Shown here: positions 24,018 to 37,280 of the stretch, one piece after another
Layout: every line of letters begins with the position of its first letter
How positions within the stretch are numbered: the first letter of the stretch is position 1
From: Callorhinchus milii
Lineage: Eukaryota
Direction of reading: 5' to 3'
Assembly: GCF_018977255.1 (NCBI RefSeq)
Contig: NW_024704743.1
Coordinates: 101,992,001-102,056,000, forward strand
Length of the DNA stretch: 64,000 bases
Translations under genes and position numbers: made by a program
The notes under the pieces: generated by a model
The model's database searches: none
What the model saw: only the letters and a program-made list of their open reading frames with translations
Told to the model about the DNA's origin: nothing

Positions 24018-25310
24018 AGATTTCCATGCATCCCACTTACACTTGGAAATTCACATGTTTGGAATGGAAAGAGCACTCTCTCCCATGAGGAACATATCCT
24101 GTTCACCAAATTCTGAAGATGAATTAGATGCAGCTTGGTAAAAGCCAAAGCTTGGATCTGCAGAGTGTGCATTGGGGTACTGCTGGAGTTTAAGCAAGCT
24201 AAATGCTGCTTATCCATTTAATACCACACTAATCATTTGGGCATTTGCTTGGAAGTTTTAACAGGAGCCAAGGTGGAAGGAATCCCTGCTCCCTGTTTCT
24301 GTACTGTCAACATGTTACAAGTCTTTCTGCAACTGCAGATTCTTAAAATAATAGTCCTTGCATTTGGGATATCCTCCCGACATTAAAGTCACTATACAAA
24401 TGTAATATTGTATTATATTTGTCGTAGCGCCTTTCACGTCAAAGTGCTTCACAAGGTTTACTTTTAAGTGTAGGAACTGTATTTGCAGGCATATTTGGCA
24501 GCCAATTTGCACACACCAATCCTGCATCCAGAGTTGAGACCAGCTTCTCCTTTCTCCATAAACAGGTGTCAAGAGAATGAAGCTCATTGCCACACATTTC
24601 CAGGAATAGAGACACATGTATGCACAGAAACATTTTCACAGAAACAGGTAAGGACCCAACATGCATTGCCCGTTTTTTTTTCTCAACGTCCCAAAATGGT
24701 GATTTCTAATAAATCTCTGACATTAAATAAAGAAAAAAGCTTAGAAATAATATATTTCTTTCTTTGCAATAGATAACTGCATTAGGCTGGGAAACATTTG
24801 GATTTAAAATAAACCTTTCTGTTTAAAGCAAGTGGATTGAAATACTTACGTATTAGGTAAGGTACTGAGCATAAGCAGAGACCAAAGCAATACTTACAGA
24901 CAGTTCATGTGAATCAGAGATGTTAAGTTGGACACTCCCCTAAACACAGTTGTAGGAACAACAACAAAATTATACTTGTATAGTGCAAACTGAAGTGTGA
25001 ATTTTTCTCTAAATTTTAATTCTGAAACCTATTTGAAATGTTTGCAATAAAACTTTGCAATATGCAATATTTGCAATATTTTTTCTCTCTTTTTTTCTGG
25101 CTGAATTCCTCAGCCACCAGTGAGTCATATAATTCTTCCAGCTCCCTCACTGTGAAATTAGCTTTCCGTCACTGATAACTTGTCCTCTTTAGGTGATGGC
25201 TTCTGTTCTTGATGGCAAAATCGCAATCTTGTCCTTTCTCTTTGAACACCAAGCCTGTATTTATATGTCATGACTTGTGACAAATCTAGATCTCTATTTA
25301 AACTGCACAG

Positions 25311-25390
25311 TTCCCCCTCCCCTGAGTTCAAGTGCACCACCAATGTGAAAGGCAATGAGTTTGAGCAAGTGAATTTGACCAATGTTGGAG
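25311..25390 (+). other. Candidate exon with GC donor
   Basis: ctgcacag|...GGAG|gcaagt; SPSPEFKCTTNVKGNEFEQVNLTNVG, phase-compatible with 22016-22174. Confidence 0.2.
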
Positions 25391-25764
25391 GCAAGTGATT
25401 GAAACTGATGTTCATTATCAAACTGCGTCCTAATAATTTGATAAGACAGAGGCATCAGTTGGAACAGAATATATTGTGCAAAGATCAAGGCTTGTCCATC
25501 TCCAGTGGCTGATATTGCACACTTTTAAACATTAACATTGCAGTGAGAATCATACTGCTCAATAGGGATATACTGAGGTCTGATTTATGAACTGCATGAA
25601 CTTTGTGAATATTGCTTGAGCACTGAAAGAATTAGATGCTCGTAATTCTGTGATTAACAACTAATGGTGAGGATTACAGATGATTCTGTAAAAAGGCTGT
25701 TTTCCCCAGCAACCATCCCTAGCAGGTAAGCTTTCAGACACAATGGCAGAAATAGATAAAAGTT

Positions 25765-26155
25765 GATAGGACTCCTGCTTCTAAATCAGAAGGTTGTGGG
25801 TTCAAGCATCACATTGGAACTTTGAACTCATATGGTCTACGCTAACACACCAAAGTATGCTGGGGGTGTGCTGCATTGTTGGAGGTGTTGTACCTCTGAT
25901 AAAAAGTTAAACCCACATCCTGTCTGCCTGTTCAGGTGGATATTAAAGATCCCAAGGCACTATTCAAAAGAGAAGAGACTTTTACCTGGTGTCTTGGCCA
26001 ACAATACCCCTAAAATAAAATTGGTCACTCACTCAATGGCTGTTATGGGACATTGATGTCCATGAATTTGCTTTCTTGTTCGCCCACAAAATGTATGGTG
26101 ACTGCACTTCACAGTAAATCCTGTGAAGTTCTTTGAAACACCATCCAAATGTAAA
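25765..26155 (+). mobile_element. Older Deu-SINE
   Basis: CAGAAGGTTGTGGGTTCAAG B-box region, GGTGGATATTAAAGATCCC body, degraded Deu core. Confidence 0.8.
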
Positions 26156-26179
26156 CACTGTCATAGAGTCATGGATAAA

Positions 26180-27205
26180 ATCATAGAATTATACAGCACA
26201 GAAGAAGGCTATTCAGCCCATCGTGTCTGTGCTGGCTCTTTGAAAAGAGCTACCCAATTCAATCCCACTCCCCCGCTCTCTCCCCATAGCCCTGCAAACT
26301 TGTCCTCCACAAATAATTATCTACCTCTCTCTTAAAACCTGTTATCAAATCGGCTTCCACCACCCTGTCAGGCAAAGCATTTCAGATCCAAACAACTCAC
26401 TGTGTGAAAAAAATTCTCCTCACCTCCCTTCTGTTTCTTTTACCAATTATTTTAAATTGGTGTCCTCGGGTTACCAACCCACCCACCAGTGGAAATAGTT
26501 TCTCCTTGTTCACCCTATCGAATCCCCTCATAATTTTGAAAACTTCTATTAAATCTCCTCTTAACCTTCTCTGCTCCAAGGAAAATAATCCTAGCTTCTC
26601 TAACCTCTCCTGTTAACTGAAGTCCCTCATTCCTGGTACCATCCTGGTAAATCTTCTTTGCACCCTCTCCAATGCCTTGACATCCTTCCTAAAGTGTGAA
26701 GCCCAGAACTGAACACAGTACTCTAGCTGAGGCCTGACCAGTGTTTTATAAAGGTTTATCATAACTTCCTGACTTTTTGTATTCTATGCCCCTATTTATA
26801 AAGCCTAGTATCCTGTATGCTTTTTTTTTAACAGCTTTATCTACCTGTCCTGTCATCTTCAAAGATTTACTTATTTAAACCCCCCGGTCTCTCTTCCTTC
26901 ACCCTCTTTAAAATTGTACCATCCAGCTTCGTCCCAAAATGTATCACTTTGCATTTCTCCACATTAAACTTCATCTGCCACATGTCTGCCCATTTTACCA
27001 GTCTGACTATGCCCATTTGCAGTCTGCTACTATCCTCCTCACTACTTTTCCTAGCTTAGTATCATCTGCAAACTTGGAAATTGTACTCCCTATACCCAAG
27101 TCCAGGAGACTTATATAGATCAAAAACAACAGTGCTCCCAATACTGACCCCTGGGGATACCACTGCACACTTTCCTCCAGTCAGAAAAACAACCGTTCAC
27201 CACAT
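26180..27205 (-). mobile_element. CR1 LINE 3' fragment
   Basis: EQRRLRGDLIEVFKIMRGFD...TRGH; FADD-encoding sequence at ~27060; [13 protein letters not shown] sequence at ~27150. Confidence 0.92.
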
Positions 27206-28544
27206 ACATATATTTATGGAGATTTCTGGAAGAAACAATAATACTCAATGAAATAGCCTATTTGTTCTTTGGAAACCTGCAAGCATACCAGTGTGAAAAA
27301 AAAGCATGTGAACAGATCGAGTGTGGAAAGGAGGACTCACTCTTCTGACAACAGGTATTGAACAGAAGAGAGAAAAAATGTGGTAAATAATGCCATGGGT
27401 GACAATGAAACTAGGAAAAGAAATTAACATTTAGAGTGTGATCATCTGTCAAAATCAGAAAGCCTACAAAGCCTTTTTTCCTTGCCACTGGCAGCTTATA
27501 CCTACTCTCCCTTCCACCCTCTATAAATTTCCCTTCCTATTTCTGAGACCAGATTCTGAACATCAATGTTATAGGTTGTCATTGATGTGAAGATTGTCTC
27601 ACAATACTCAAACTGAAGCACATTATTTTTCTCAAAATATTCCTTTAAAATTCACAATTTTTGCAATCCTAAAATTGTCCCATTAAAATAACTAACCTGA
27701 CTATCACATGAGTTTAGGATTTGGTGGCTCAAACTTTTATTTGATGCTACAAAACGATTGATCATTTTAAAAGTAGCGCATATTTGAACACACATTTAGC
27801 ATTTTGATATATGACTGCAATGATACTGATGCCAAGGGCAAATTGAAATTTTTGACTTGGTTATAAATAGGACAGAGCTTTCTTTGAGTTTTCTATGCAT
27901 GCTTTTGTTGAGTGAAAATTGAAAGTGGCTTTGAAACAGGTCAGAAAATCTTCAATAGCTCCCAGATGCCAATCATTGTGGAAGAGATTCTGGCCAGAGA
28001 GGTACTCACAAGAGGCCACACAACTAGAAACAAGGTGACATTCTTGCCAACAGAATGTTGGATTAGAGTCATTCCTCTGTGACTCTCCCGGTAGTTTGTT
28101 TCCTGAGACAGGCAGGTCCGCAGTATTCCAGGCACTGCTGATGACAGACCAGCCAGCCTGGCTCATCAGCAGAACTTGGAGAAGTAGATTGGTCCTGGAG
28201 GCAAGGATTCTTTCCACTTCATTCCTGTTAACCCACCAAACCAAAGTCCTAACAGGTAGGATGATTCCAGCTGAATAAACTGCGGGAAGCTTGCCAGTCA
28301 GTGCAGTAAATGCTGAGCTACAGCTTTATTGGGTAAATTCTAGCAGTACTCAATGCATACACAAATTTACGTAAAGCAATGGCCCACAAACAGTTATGAA
28401 GCAAAGAACACATTTTATCTGGGGGATTGTTGTTCAGGGCATCTGGAGAAACCTGGGGAGTTTGTTCAACAACCAAACATATTACATTGTGGTTGCACAG
28501 GCTAGAGAGGGTGAATGGCCTATGTTCCCATGTACCTATGTTCC

Positions 28545-28870
28545 TATAATAATAATATTAATAATAATCATTGCATTTGATATAGTGCCTTATCATGTCT
28601 TCGAGATGTCTAAAGCGTTTCACAGGATATACCTTGAAATGTATTGACTTGTTATTTTGTGGGTGAAATGCGGCAGCCAATTGCTCACAGCAGTATCCCA
28701 CAAACAGTCGTGGATTGAGTAACCAAATTATTATTATTATTATTTACTTTGAAGGGATTATTACCCCCGTAAAAGTGATCTGCCAATCGACTAAGAACTG
28801 GGTTCCTACTTACTGCTAGGTAAACAGAGGTGTGTGGATTAAAGAAATTTGCCCAATGTTTTGCCCTGAA
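28545..28870 (-). mobile_element. Deu-SINE long variant, head truncated
   Basis: Tail, Deu core and the extra CTCTGTTTACCTAGCAGTAAG segment. Confidence 0.85.
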
Positions 28871-29464
28871 TTGATAATTGAAAGTGGGAAACAATTCTGC
28901 AGGAGAAATGTCCTGCTACCTCATAGCCTTTGGTATTAAACACCAGACATCTGCAAACTGTCCTTATGATCATTAACCAAGGATCACTATCACACCACAT
29001 TAAATTATCATAACAAATGAGTATAGAGTCACAAATGCAGCTGTGATATCTGTGTGCTGCACAGAGATCCTCAGATTGCTACCATCTTTCATTATTTTCC
29101 TGCCAATGTTGTTAGCACAATTTGGACCATTTTAATTAAGATGTTCCTGTTGACTTAAACTCATGGTGAGTGGCAGATAGTGGAATTTGTACCCGGAGCC
29201 ACAGCACAAAAATCATTTAATGCTAAATTTTACATGTAATGGGGGGAAAATGCAAGGGTACTATATAAATGCAACTACTTGCATTTATATAGTACCCTTC
29301 ATACAGGGTAGAGTCTTATTGTGTTGGTGCAGTGTTGAATCGTAACTGCTGTGACTGAAAAATTGTTGGACCTGCCCATCTCCTTGATCTTCCAAAGATC
29401 AAAGGGTTAAAATTAACCCAGCCATTGGAGCAGTAACTCTTTGAACTATATCATCCTTGTCAAC

Positions 29465-29832
29465 CTGGCTCAGTTGGCAGAACTTTCACCTCTGGATCAA
29501 AATTCAAACCTGTGTTGGTACTTAATGCTCAACTTTCAAAATGACACCTCAATCCCATGTTAGAGAGAACTGCATTGTCAGAAGTTCTGTCCTTCAGATG
29601 AGACATAAAACCAGTATCTAACCTACCTCTTCAAGTGGATGTTAAAGATTTCATGGCACTTTCAAAAAATTAAGGGAGTTTCTTCCAATATCCTGGCCAT
29701 TGTTGTGTGCAATTTGACTGCCACAATTACAATCTACCCAATCTATTGGTCAAAGCACTCACCAGAAATTTTGTGAGAAACTTTGAGATGTTCTTCACAT
29801 TGTAAGTGCTGTATTGAAGGTAAGGATTACAA
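29465..29832 (+). mobile_element. Older Deu-SINE
   Basis: GGCTCAGTTGGCAG head; GTCCTTCAGATGAGAC body. Confidence 0.7.
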
Positions 29833-29910
29833 TTTATTAATTGTCATAGTAGTCCAGAGAAATTGAATACTTGGAGGTGGAATTTGCAGTAAATTTCATA
29901 ACAAATTCCC

Positions 29911-30228
29911 TGGAGTCCTGTAGCTCAGTGGTTAGAGCACTCGCTTTGCAAGCGAGAGACCTGAGTTCAATTCCAGACAGGGCGAAACCTTGGGCAAGTT
30001 TCCTTATTCCGCACGCCTAATAACAATCCCGCCAAAAAAAAACAATAACAAAAGTTGGTCATTTTCAATCCACGACTGTTTGTGGGACATTGCTGTGCCA
30101 ATTGACTGCCGCGTTTACCCACAAATATACAGTCAATTCACTTTACAGTATGCTCTGTGAAGCGCTTTGGGACGTCTAGAAGACGTGAAAAGCGCTATAT
30201 CAAATGCAAGGATTATTATTATTATTAT
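29911..30228 (+). mobile_element. Young tRNA-derived Deu-SINE, full length
   Basis: Intact A box (TAGCTCAGTGG), B box (GAGTTCAATTCC), anticodon-like arm CTCGC-TTTGCAA-GCGAG, (TTA)n tail. Confidence 0.93.
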
Positions 30229-30584
30229 GTTAATTAGCACACAGATGGGTTGAAATTCTGGTTAGTGCTACACATCATACCTTTGGTGATAGGGGCATCT
30301 AATAGGATATCCCCTATTATAATCATATGTAATCAAAGATGCTATGCACAATGCCAACTCAAATTTCAGCCCATTAGGGGATTCAGGTCTGAACACTGCC
30401 TGCATTTTTTCTCACTCACTCTGGTTCAAAAGTGACAGCCAAGCAAATTTTTAAAAGCTTCTATGGAGTGAAATATTGTGTATCTGTCGCAGGTGTGTTC
30501 GGAATGAAAATCAGTTGATAGTTATGGATTGGAATTTCGCTGTTTCTTAATAGATTCATTGCGATGAATGGTTGACTCTGGTGA

Positions 30585-30840
30585 GGTGGATTAGTTGGGG
30601 GACAGGAAGCAGGCCACTGATGGTTGAGAGAGATTGATTGGTTCGGTATGGTTGTAGGAAGTCACAGTTGGAGGGTGGAACGAGACCATGAAAGACATTT
30701 GAAAGTGAGGACGAGAATTATGAACTCTCCAGCGTGACATACTTGGTAACGGAATGTTGGAATCAAGCCAACCTCTGTGGCGGTCTCGGTAGTCTGGTTC
30801 CTGAGCCAGGTGGATCCGCATTATTCCTCAGCATTGCAGA
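30585..30840 (-). mobile_element. L2 fragment, degraded
   Basis: GACCATG...TTTGAAAGTGAGG similarity to other L2 copies. Confidence 0.55.
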
Positions 30841-30929
30841 AGACAGTATAGCCTGCCTGCCTCATCAGCAGGATCTGGAAGGGCAGACTAGTCACTGGGG
30901 ACTGGTGACTCATCTCTCTCAGCTCCTGT

Positions 30930-31367
30930 TCGAATTCAAGATCCTCATCCTCACCTACAAGGCCATTCACGGCCTTGCTCCCTCTTACCTCTCCGACCTA
31001 CTATCCCCCTATTTACCTGCCCGTACCCTCCGTTCCTCTGGCTCCAGTCTGCTCCACATCCCCCGCCCTAACCGCCCTCGATGGCCGAGCTTTCAGCCTC
31101 TCAGCCCCTAGGCTCTGGAACTCTATCCCCCAGTGCCTTCGCTTTGCTTCCTCCCTTTCCTCCTTCAAGGCCGGTCTCAAGACCTTTCTCTTCAACCGTG
31201 CCTTCAGCTCCCCTCTCGACTCTCTACCCCCTCCTTGCTCCCTCCCTTCCCTCCCCTCACCCTCACCATTTCCCCCCTGCTCGGGTCCCGACCCAACTGT
31301 CCAGCGACTTGGGACGTCCTCCCAATGTGAAAGGCGCTCTATAAATGCAATCTTGTTGTTGTTGTTG
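30930..31367 (+). mobile_element. L2 3' fragment
   Basis: FKILILTYKAIHGLAPSYL; RAFSLSAPRLWNSIP; (TTG)n tail. Confidence 0.9.
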
Positions 31368-32452
31368 ACCCTGCAAGCAGAAGCCTAAGGCTGAAATGCT
31401 GAGAACACTTTGAGTTCTGCAACATTTTAGGATCTTAGTCTGAAAATTAGATTAACTTGGGAACAATTCCTGTCCAATTTTTATTATTTAGTTATGTTTC
31501 AGTGATTGAGTTCACAATTAGCTTGTGATAACAGAAGTGAATACTAATTGAGTGAATAGAATTAAAATGAACACATGATAAGTTGTGTGCAGAATGTCTT
31601 GTCACAGAATTGAGAAGGGAGCAAGCTGATGGAAATTAAAATGCAAGCCACAATCCCAGGTTGCAATTTTGATCGTTACTGCCTCGGTGCTGTTGGTATC
31701 ATTCGCTGAAAAAGAGAAGTGTTTCTAGGAGGTTATCATTTGTGTTGCAGTGTATATGTTATCCAAAGAGAAGTGCCACTAAGTGAATTCCTGGTCTTTG
31801 AAACCGAAACCTGTGATCACATTGGATTGCTGCTCTCCATCTCAGTGTCAAAAGTGGCATTTTCAGGGCAAGAAACATTTCTTTTGATAAGGACGGGTAG
31901 AATTCTGTGTGAAGTCAGAGAGGATGAAAAATAATTCACAAAGGCAAGAAACAAAATGACATCCATTTTATTTCTCTTTCCCTATTGTTTGAATATACAT
32001 GACTTTATTCCTAGTGCATTCCTATTCTTTTAAGTTCTTTCATTTCACTATTGCTCAATAATTCCCAGCATTACTGTATACATTTAGTTTAATTTTTTTC
32101 AATTTCTACTCTTCTGTCGTGCTCTATTTTGGGCATGATGCCTGACTTTCCCCTTACCACTCCCTTTGTCCTTCCGTAATGTCACCCTTTGTGTTGAAGT
32201 GCCTTTTCCTGCCTTTCTCTTGCTCCTTCTATGTTCACTTTCCATGTCTGTCTTTGTACTCAGTTTACAGCTGATCGACAAATTCAGAAGGCTGCCTATC
32301 TCTAGATTCTGCATTTACACATCTGTCTATTTCTATTAGTCTGCTTACTTCTCTTCTTTCTGTTTTCACTCTCTGTCCCCAAACTGTCTTTCTCTGTTTC
32401 TCAGGATCCATTTATTTTTCAGCTTCCCTTTTTATTTTATCTTTGCTTCCAG

Positions 32453-32640
32453 GAAAATCGTTTGAACTGTAACCCGAGGGAAGGTTCTGTCTGAGCAAAA
32501 CTCTTTCGATATGTGATGATATGTGATGATAAATATTTTTGTACATAAGAAATCACACAAACAAGATCAATTTCCCATTTCCTAGTCCCTTAGCTTCACT
32601 CTTACATTACAAAAATACTGCAATAAACCTTGAGATTTCT
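32453..32640 (+). other. Candidate terminal exon
   Basis: ~300-nt pyrimidine-rich stretch ending tctttgcttccag|; ENRLNCNPREGSV*; AATAAA at 32622. Confidence 0.25.
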
Positions 32641-32849
32641 AGCCTTGATTTGTAGTAAAAATTGCAGTAATTTCCATATAAAGTAGCCTGAAATTCAATA
32701 ATATAATGTTTTTTATTCTACATAGAATCCTATCTCCAGACTCTGGAAGAGGAGCGTCAAATTAAATACATTGCCCTTCTACACAGTTTTAAAAATATAA
32801 ATTAAAATATTATGAGAGTTCTTCTACATTTATCAGTAAATTAGTTTGC

Positions 32850-33228
32850 CTGTTTGGCTAAGTTGATCATACTGTCACCTTTGCATCAAAAGGTAATGAT
32901 TCAGGCCCCATATCATAACTTGAGTTTAAAGTATAAAATGATACACCAGTTTGTTACTATTTGGGGGTACAATTATTCCAATAAGGAACCTTCTGTCTAT
33001 TTCTAGATGGATGTTAAAAATCCCATGACATTATTTAAAATGAACAGGGTATATTTTGGCCTTTGTCCTAGCCAGTAATCCTCCAGATAAATTGATAATT
33101 CACCATGTTGGCATTTGGAGAACGTTGCTGGTTACATAATAACAGTCACTGCATTTCACATTAATTGCTTATTCAGCAGCTTGAGATGGTTGAATTTGAT
33201 AAGACTCTATAAAATTGCAAGTTCTTAA
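32850..33228 (+). mobile_element. Older SINE, highly degraded
   Basis: GATGGATGTTAAAAATCCCATGACATTATT body motif. Confidence 0.55.
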
Positions 33229-35639
33229 ATTTACAAATTTACGTGCTTATCTGATTCACCCCTGGCCAGTCGATTTAAAATGGAATTTCTTATAATAGAA
33301 TTTCTTATTATAAATCCCTCCAATGGTCAGCAAATGTACTGAAAAGTGGAGAATAATATGCTCTCCCTATCAAACACGTTCTCTCTAACAATAGATATTA
33401 ATGGGGAAAGAAGCTGAGTGGGTGAGTGCCTTTTTGAATATTTTATTATTCTGCATTATGGACTTTGAGCCTTCACCCATGGTTTTTAACCCATAATATT
33501 CCCCCAAATTCCCTTTTTATTTTAAGAGATTGTTGTTTTTCAAAAGGTGTGTCCTCCACAGAGCTGTATATCTGACATATTGTGAAACAAAGGGTGGAGG
33601 AAGTATAATTGGGTGACTTTAGTCTCTCTTATCTTCTGGGTGCCAGAGGGGAAGTAAGGGGTGGGCTGGGGGTTGGTGGGGTCTACTTGAGCCTGAGTTA
33701 GCACCAAGGTGACATGTTTGGCAACCCTCTGCATTAGTCTCTGTTGTCTCAGCAGGGATTCTTCCCACTCAGCTGTTGCTAACTCTACAAGCCAAAGCCC
33801 TAGTGGCTTGGATAGTCCTAGCAAGCAGTGAGAAGCTTGCTGGACAATGGTTTCAAAGGCAAGCTATGTGGTTTTAGCTGGGTAAATTCCAGCAGGACCC
33901 ATATTGACGTGTGGATTACAAGCCTTGGCTCTCACTAACTTGCACTTAATACTCTGGGATTTGGTGAGATGGGTTGGTCCTTCTAGAGAAAGAGAGTGTA
34001 TATTCCATCCAGACACAGGGAAATTTCCATGTGTACGTCGCATACAAATGTAGAGCTCTCAGTCTGGTTTGGATACTCTTAAGTATGTTAATGGGTTTCC
34101 TCATGTGTTGGACACATTCGATTGTCAGCCTAGATAATATAATTTCAAAGTCTTGATATGTGACTTGAACCAACAATCTTCTGACCCAGAGGTGAGTATA
34201 CTATCAACTGAGCAAGGCTGATGCCTGCCATGATGGAACATACCAGCCTTGAGGCCTCTCATTTAGCATGTTCCAGGACTCTGGACCAGAAAGGGTTAAT
34301 GCTGAAATTAAGGAAACAATCTGATTTATTATTATCCAGATACATTCCCTTTATGTTATTTTTATGGGATAATAATCCCATCTGTCTGGAAAAAAGCACA
34401 CCTGGCTTAGATATTAACATTGATCCCTTAATAGTTTAGGGATTCCATAGACTTGTCTGCTGGGCAGGTAAGACACATTTTTAAATTGTCTCTCACATGA
34501 AAGCTAAAGAGCTACAAATGAAGAACATCTTTCAGAAGAGCAAAATGGTTTGATTGCTTGGATTAACACGGCAGAACAGATCTTGTCCCGCATCAGTAAC
34601 TATAAATGTAGTTAAAGTGAATGCAAAGAGAATCGTACAGCATTTTCATTGACTTTAAGAATGTCTTTGACAGAGTCTGCCCACTAAACTCTGTTTAAGC
34701 TGTCACACTATCTTAACACATCAGCCAGCAGAACAAAAAATCTTTAAGATTTCTTTAAAGAGCAGCAGCAATTGCTGCTAGAGTTGACAAATTCCCAGGG
34801 TTTGGCTAATTACACAGTTATTTTATCTAACATGTAGCTGACCCTTGCATCCCCGAATTTGGTGTGCGAGAGGGGGAATTGCTGCTGGAGAGGGGCATTA
34901 GTGAGGGAGAGAGGGGAATTATTGAGGAACAACAACTTGTATTTATGTAGCTCCCTCCATGCTGGATGTTGTCCCAGAATGCTTAACAATGGTGGAGCCA
35001 GATGCCGAGCCGAGGGAGGGGGAAGGTGACCATAGACAAGGTCGAAGATGACAAGGTGCAACCAGAAAATGGGGAAAGAGGAGGTAAGGTGAAGGGATTG
35101 AGGAAGAGAGATGATTTAGTGAGGAAGAGGGGAGAAATGGTGAAGGTCTATGATGGCACTGAAATCTATTGATGTTGGTCTATGATGGCATTAAAATACA
35201 TTGTTGGAAGTGACATTCTTCAGGTGAGACATTAAACCGTGGTCCTGTCATGTTAACGATCCTATGAAAATACTCAAAAAGAGAAGGGAGTTTCTCTCAG
35301 TGTTCTGGCCAACAGTCACCCAGATAAAATTTACTTCACGGCTTGTGGGACACTGCTGTGCACAAATTGGGTGCTGCATTTGCCTACATAATGCAATCAC
35401 TACACTTTCTAGTATATATCACATGAACTGCTTAAAAAAGCTCTATATCAAATTCAAGAATTATTATTAAAACTAAGGAAGAATTGGAGCACACAATGGG
35501 ATGAGTACTAAAGGTATAGCAAGCACAGTTGAATGATGGAAGCAGAATCATGCCAGCAAATGACCCTAACCCAGACAGATGCTAAGCAACGTTTCGAGCT
35601 GTATCTCTTTTATCTTGCAGTATGCGGAGATAGACCAGG

Positions 35640-36197
35640 TTCAATGCTTTAGTCAGTTTTCGGCATCAAACCCCTCGAAGGATATTCTGGCCTTGGAGAC
35701 AGTACAACATAGATTCACCAGAATGGTACTGCGGATGAAAGAGTTAAATTACGAAGATAAGTTGCATAAACTTGGCTTGCATTCCCTGGAGTTCAGAAGG
35801 CTGAGTGGTGAACTAATTGAGGTGTTTAAGTGATACAGGGACTCGATACGGGTATTAACAGAGAAACAATTTGCTCTGGTGAGGGATCCAGAACAAGGGG
35901 GCATAACCATAAAATTAAAGCTAGGCCATGTAGGAGTGAAACCAGGAAGCAATTCTTTTCTTGCAAAGGTTTCTAGAAATCTGTAATTCTCTCCCCCAAA
36001 AGACTGTGGATGTTAGGTCAGTTGAAATTTTAAAGTTTGAAGTTGATAGATATTTGATAGGTAAGGGTGTCAAGGGATATGGAGAAAGTCAGGTAAATGG
36101 AGTTGAGGTACAGATCAGCCAGGATCTAATAGAATATTGGAAATGGCTTGAGGGGCTAAATGTCCTACTTCTTTTCCTACGTTCCTATGTTCCTAAT
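35640..36197 (+). mobile_element. CR1 LINE 3' fragment
   Basis: KDILALETVQHRFTRM...LGLHSLEFRRLSGELIEVFK; (TTCCTATG)n-like tail. Confidence 0.88.
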
Positions 36198-36531
36198 GCT
36201 CTATGTTGAACCTTTAAGGATGATTTTCAGTAAACTAGGGGCCTTTTATTAAAAAAAATCAAATTTGCTCCCATTTTCGGATCAAAGATTAACTTGGTCA
36301 CAGCTCTGAATAGTGAAGCAGGCCTGTAAAACTTTGGCTTACTGCCAATGAAAGGATCATTTTATAAATAGTACATGTTCTACAAAGTCAATGGTAAGAA
36401 TAGGGAGTAAAAAAAAGGTAAATGATAGTCTCAAAGTTAGAAGGTTAGAAAAAGTTAGAAATGATATTAAGATAGGTTAAAAGAGAATAGAATTTAGGGA
36501 AGATGACAAATTAAAAGGATAATAGGATACA

Positions 36532-36642
36532 TAATAATAATAATCCTTGCATTTGATATAGCACATTTCACGTCCTCTAGACATCTCAAAGTGCTTCACA
36601 GAATTTGCTGTAAAGTGAATTGACTGTATATTTGTGGGCGAA
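36532..36642 (-). mobile_element. Deu-SINE 3' tail
   Basis: (TAA)n-TCCTTGCATTTGATATAGC. Confidence 0.8.
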
Positions 36643-36644
36643 AA

Positions 36645-36705
36645 ATATATACATATTATATATATATATATATTTTTATATATTATATATATTTGTATAT
36701 ATTTC
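36645..36705. repeat. (TA)n-rich microsatellite
   Basis: Direct reading of the sequence. Confidence 0.8.
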
Positions 36706-36847
36706 CTAACATGAAAGGCTATATAAATCTTGTATATATTGATTTATTTAATTTTAAATCTTGCTTCTAGCATTTATTTTAGAGTTATAATAATGAAGTT
36801 GCCCTGATAAAAAATTTAAGTTGTATTATTATTATTTCCAGGTATTA

Positions 36848-37280
36848 GCCTGGCTCAGTTGGTAGCTCTCTCACCTCTTCGTCAGAGGTTGTGGGTTAGA
36901 GCCCTACATCAAAGCCATAACCTCTGAATTCTTGGATTACACTCTAATTAATAGAGTGCTGGCAGATCTCTTCATTGCTGGAGGTGCCATCCTTCATCTA
37001 AGATGTTAAACCAATGTCCCATCTGCCTGTTCTTGTGGATGTTAAAGATGTAATTGCACTATTGAAAAAGAGAAAGGAGTTTCTCTTGGCCAACAATCTC
37101 CCAGATGAAAAAAATGTTAATTCAGTTCATAGCTGTTTGTACGACATTGCTGTATGCAAATTGGCTGCTACATTGACCTACAAATACACAGCCACTGCAC
37201 TTTGTAATAAATCCTGCAAAGCTTTTTGAGGCAAAATTCTAACGTAAAAGGCACTGTATCAAATGAAGGAATTATTATTA
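36848..37280 (+). mobile_element. Older Deu-SINE, full length
   Basis: GGCTCAGTTGGTAGC head, body, Deu core and tail. Confidence 0.82.

Noticed and set aside
23333..24217. Longest ORF in the track (294 aa, minus strand)
   Set aside because: Antisense shadow of the plus-strand L2 fragment
27940..28034. Possible exon linking the 25311 and 32453 candidates
   Set aside because: No pyrimidine tract; CAG|GTCAGA looks more like a donor than an acceptor
29911..29986. tRNA-Ala gene call
   Set aside because: Continues into SINE body and tail and has an imperfect T stem; treated as a SINE head
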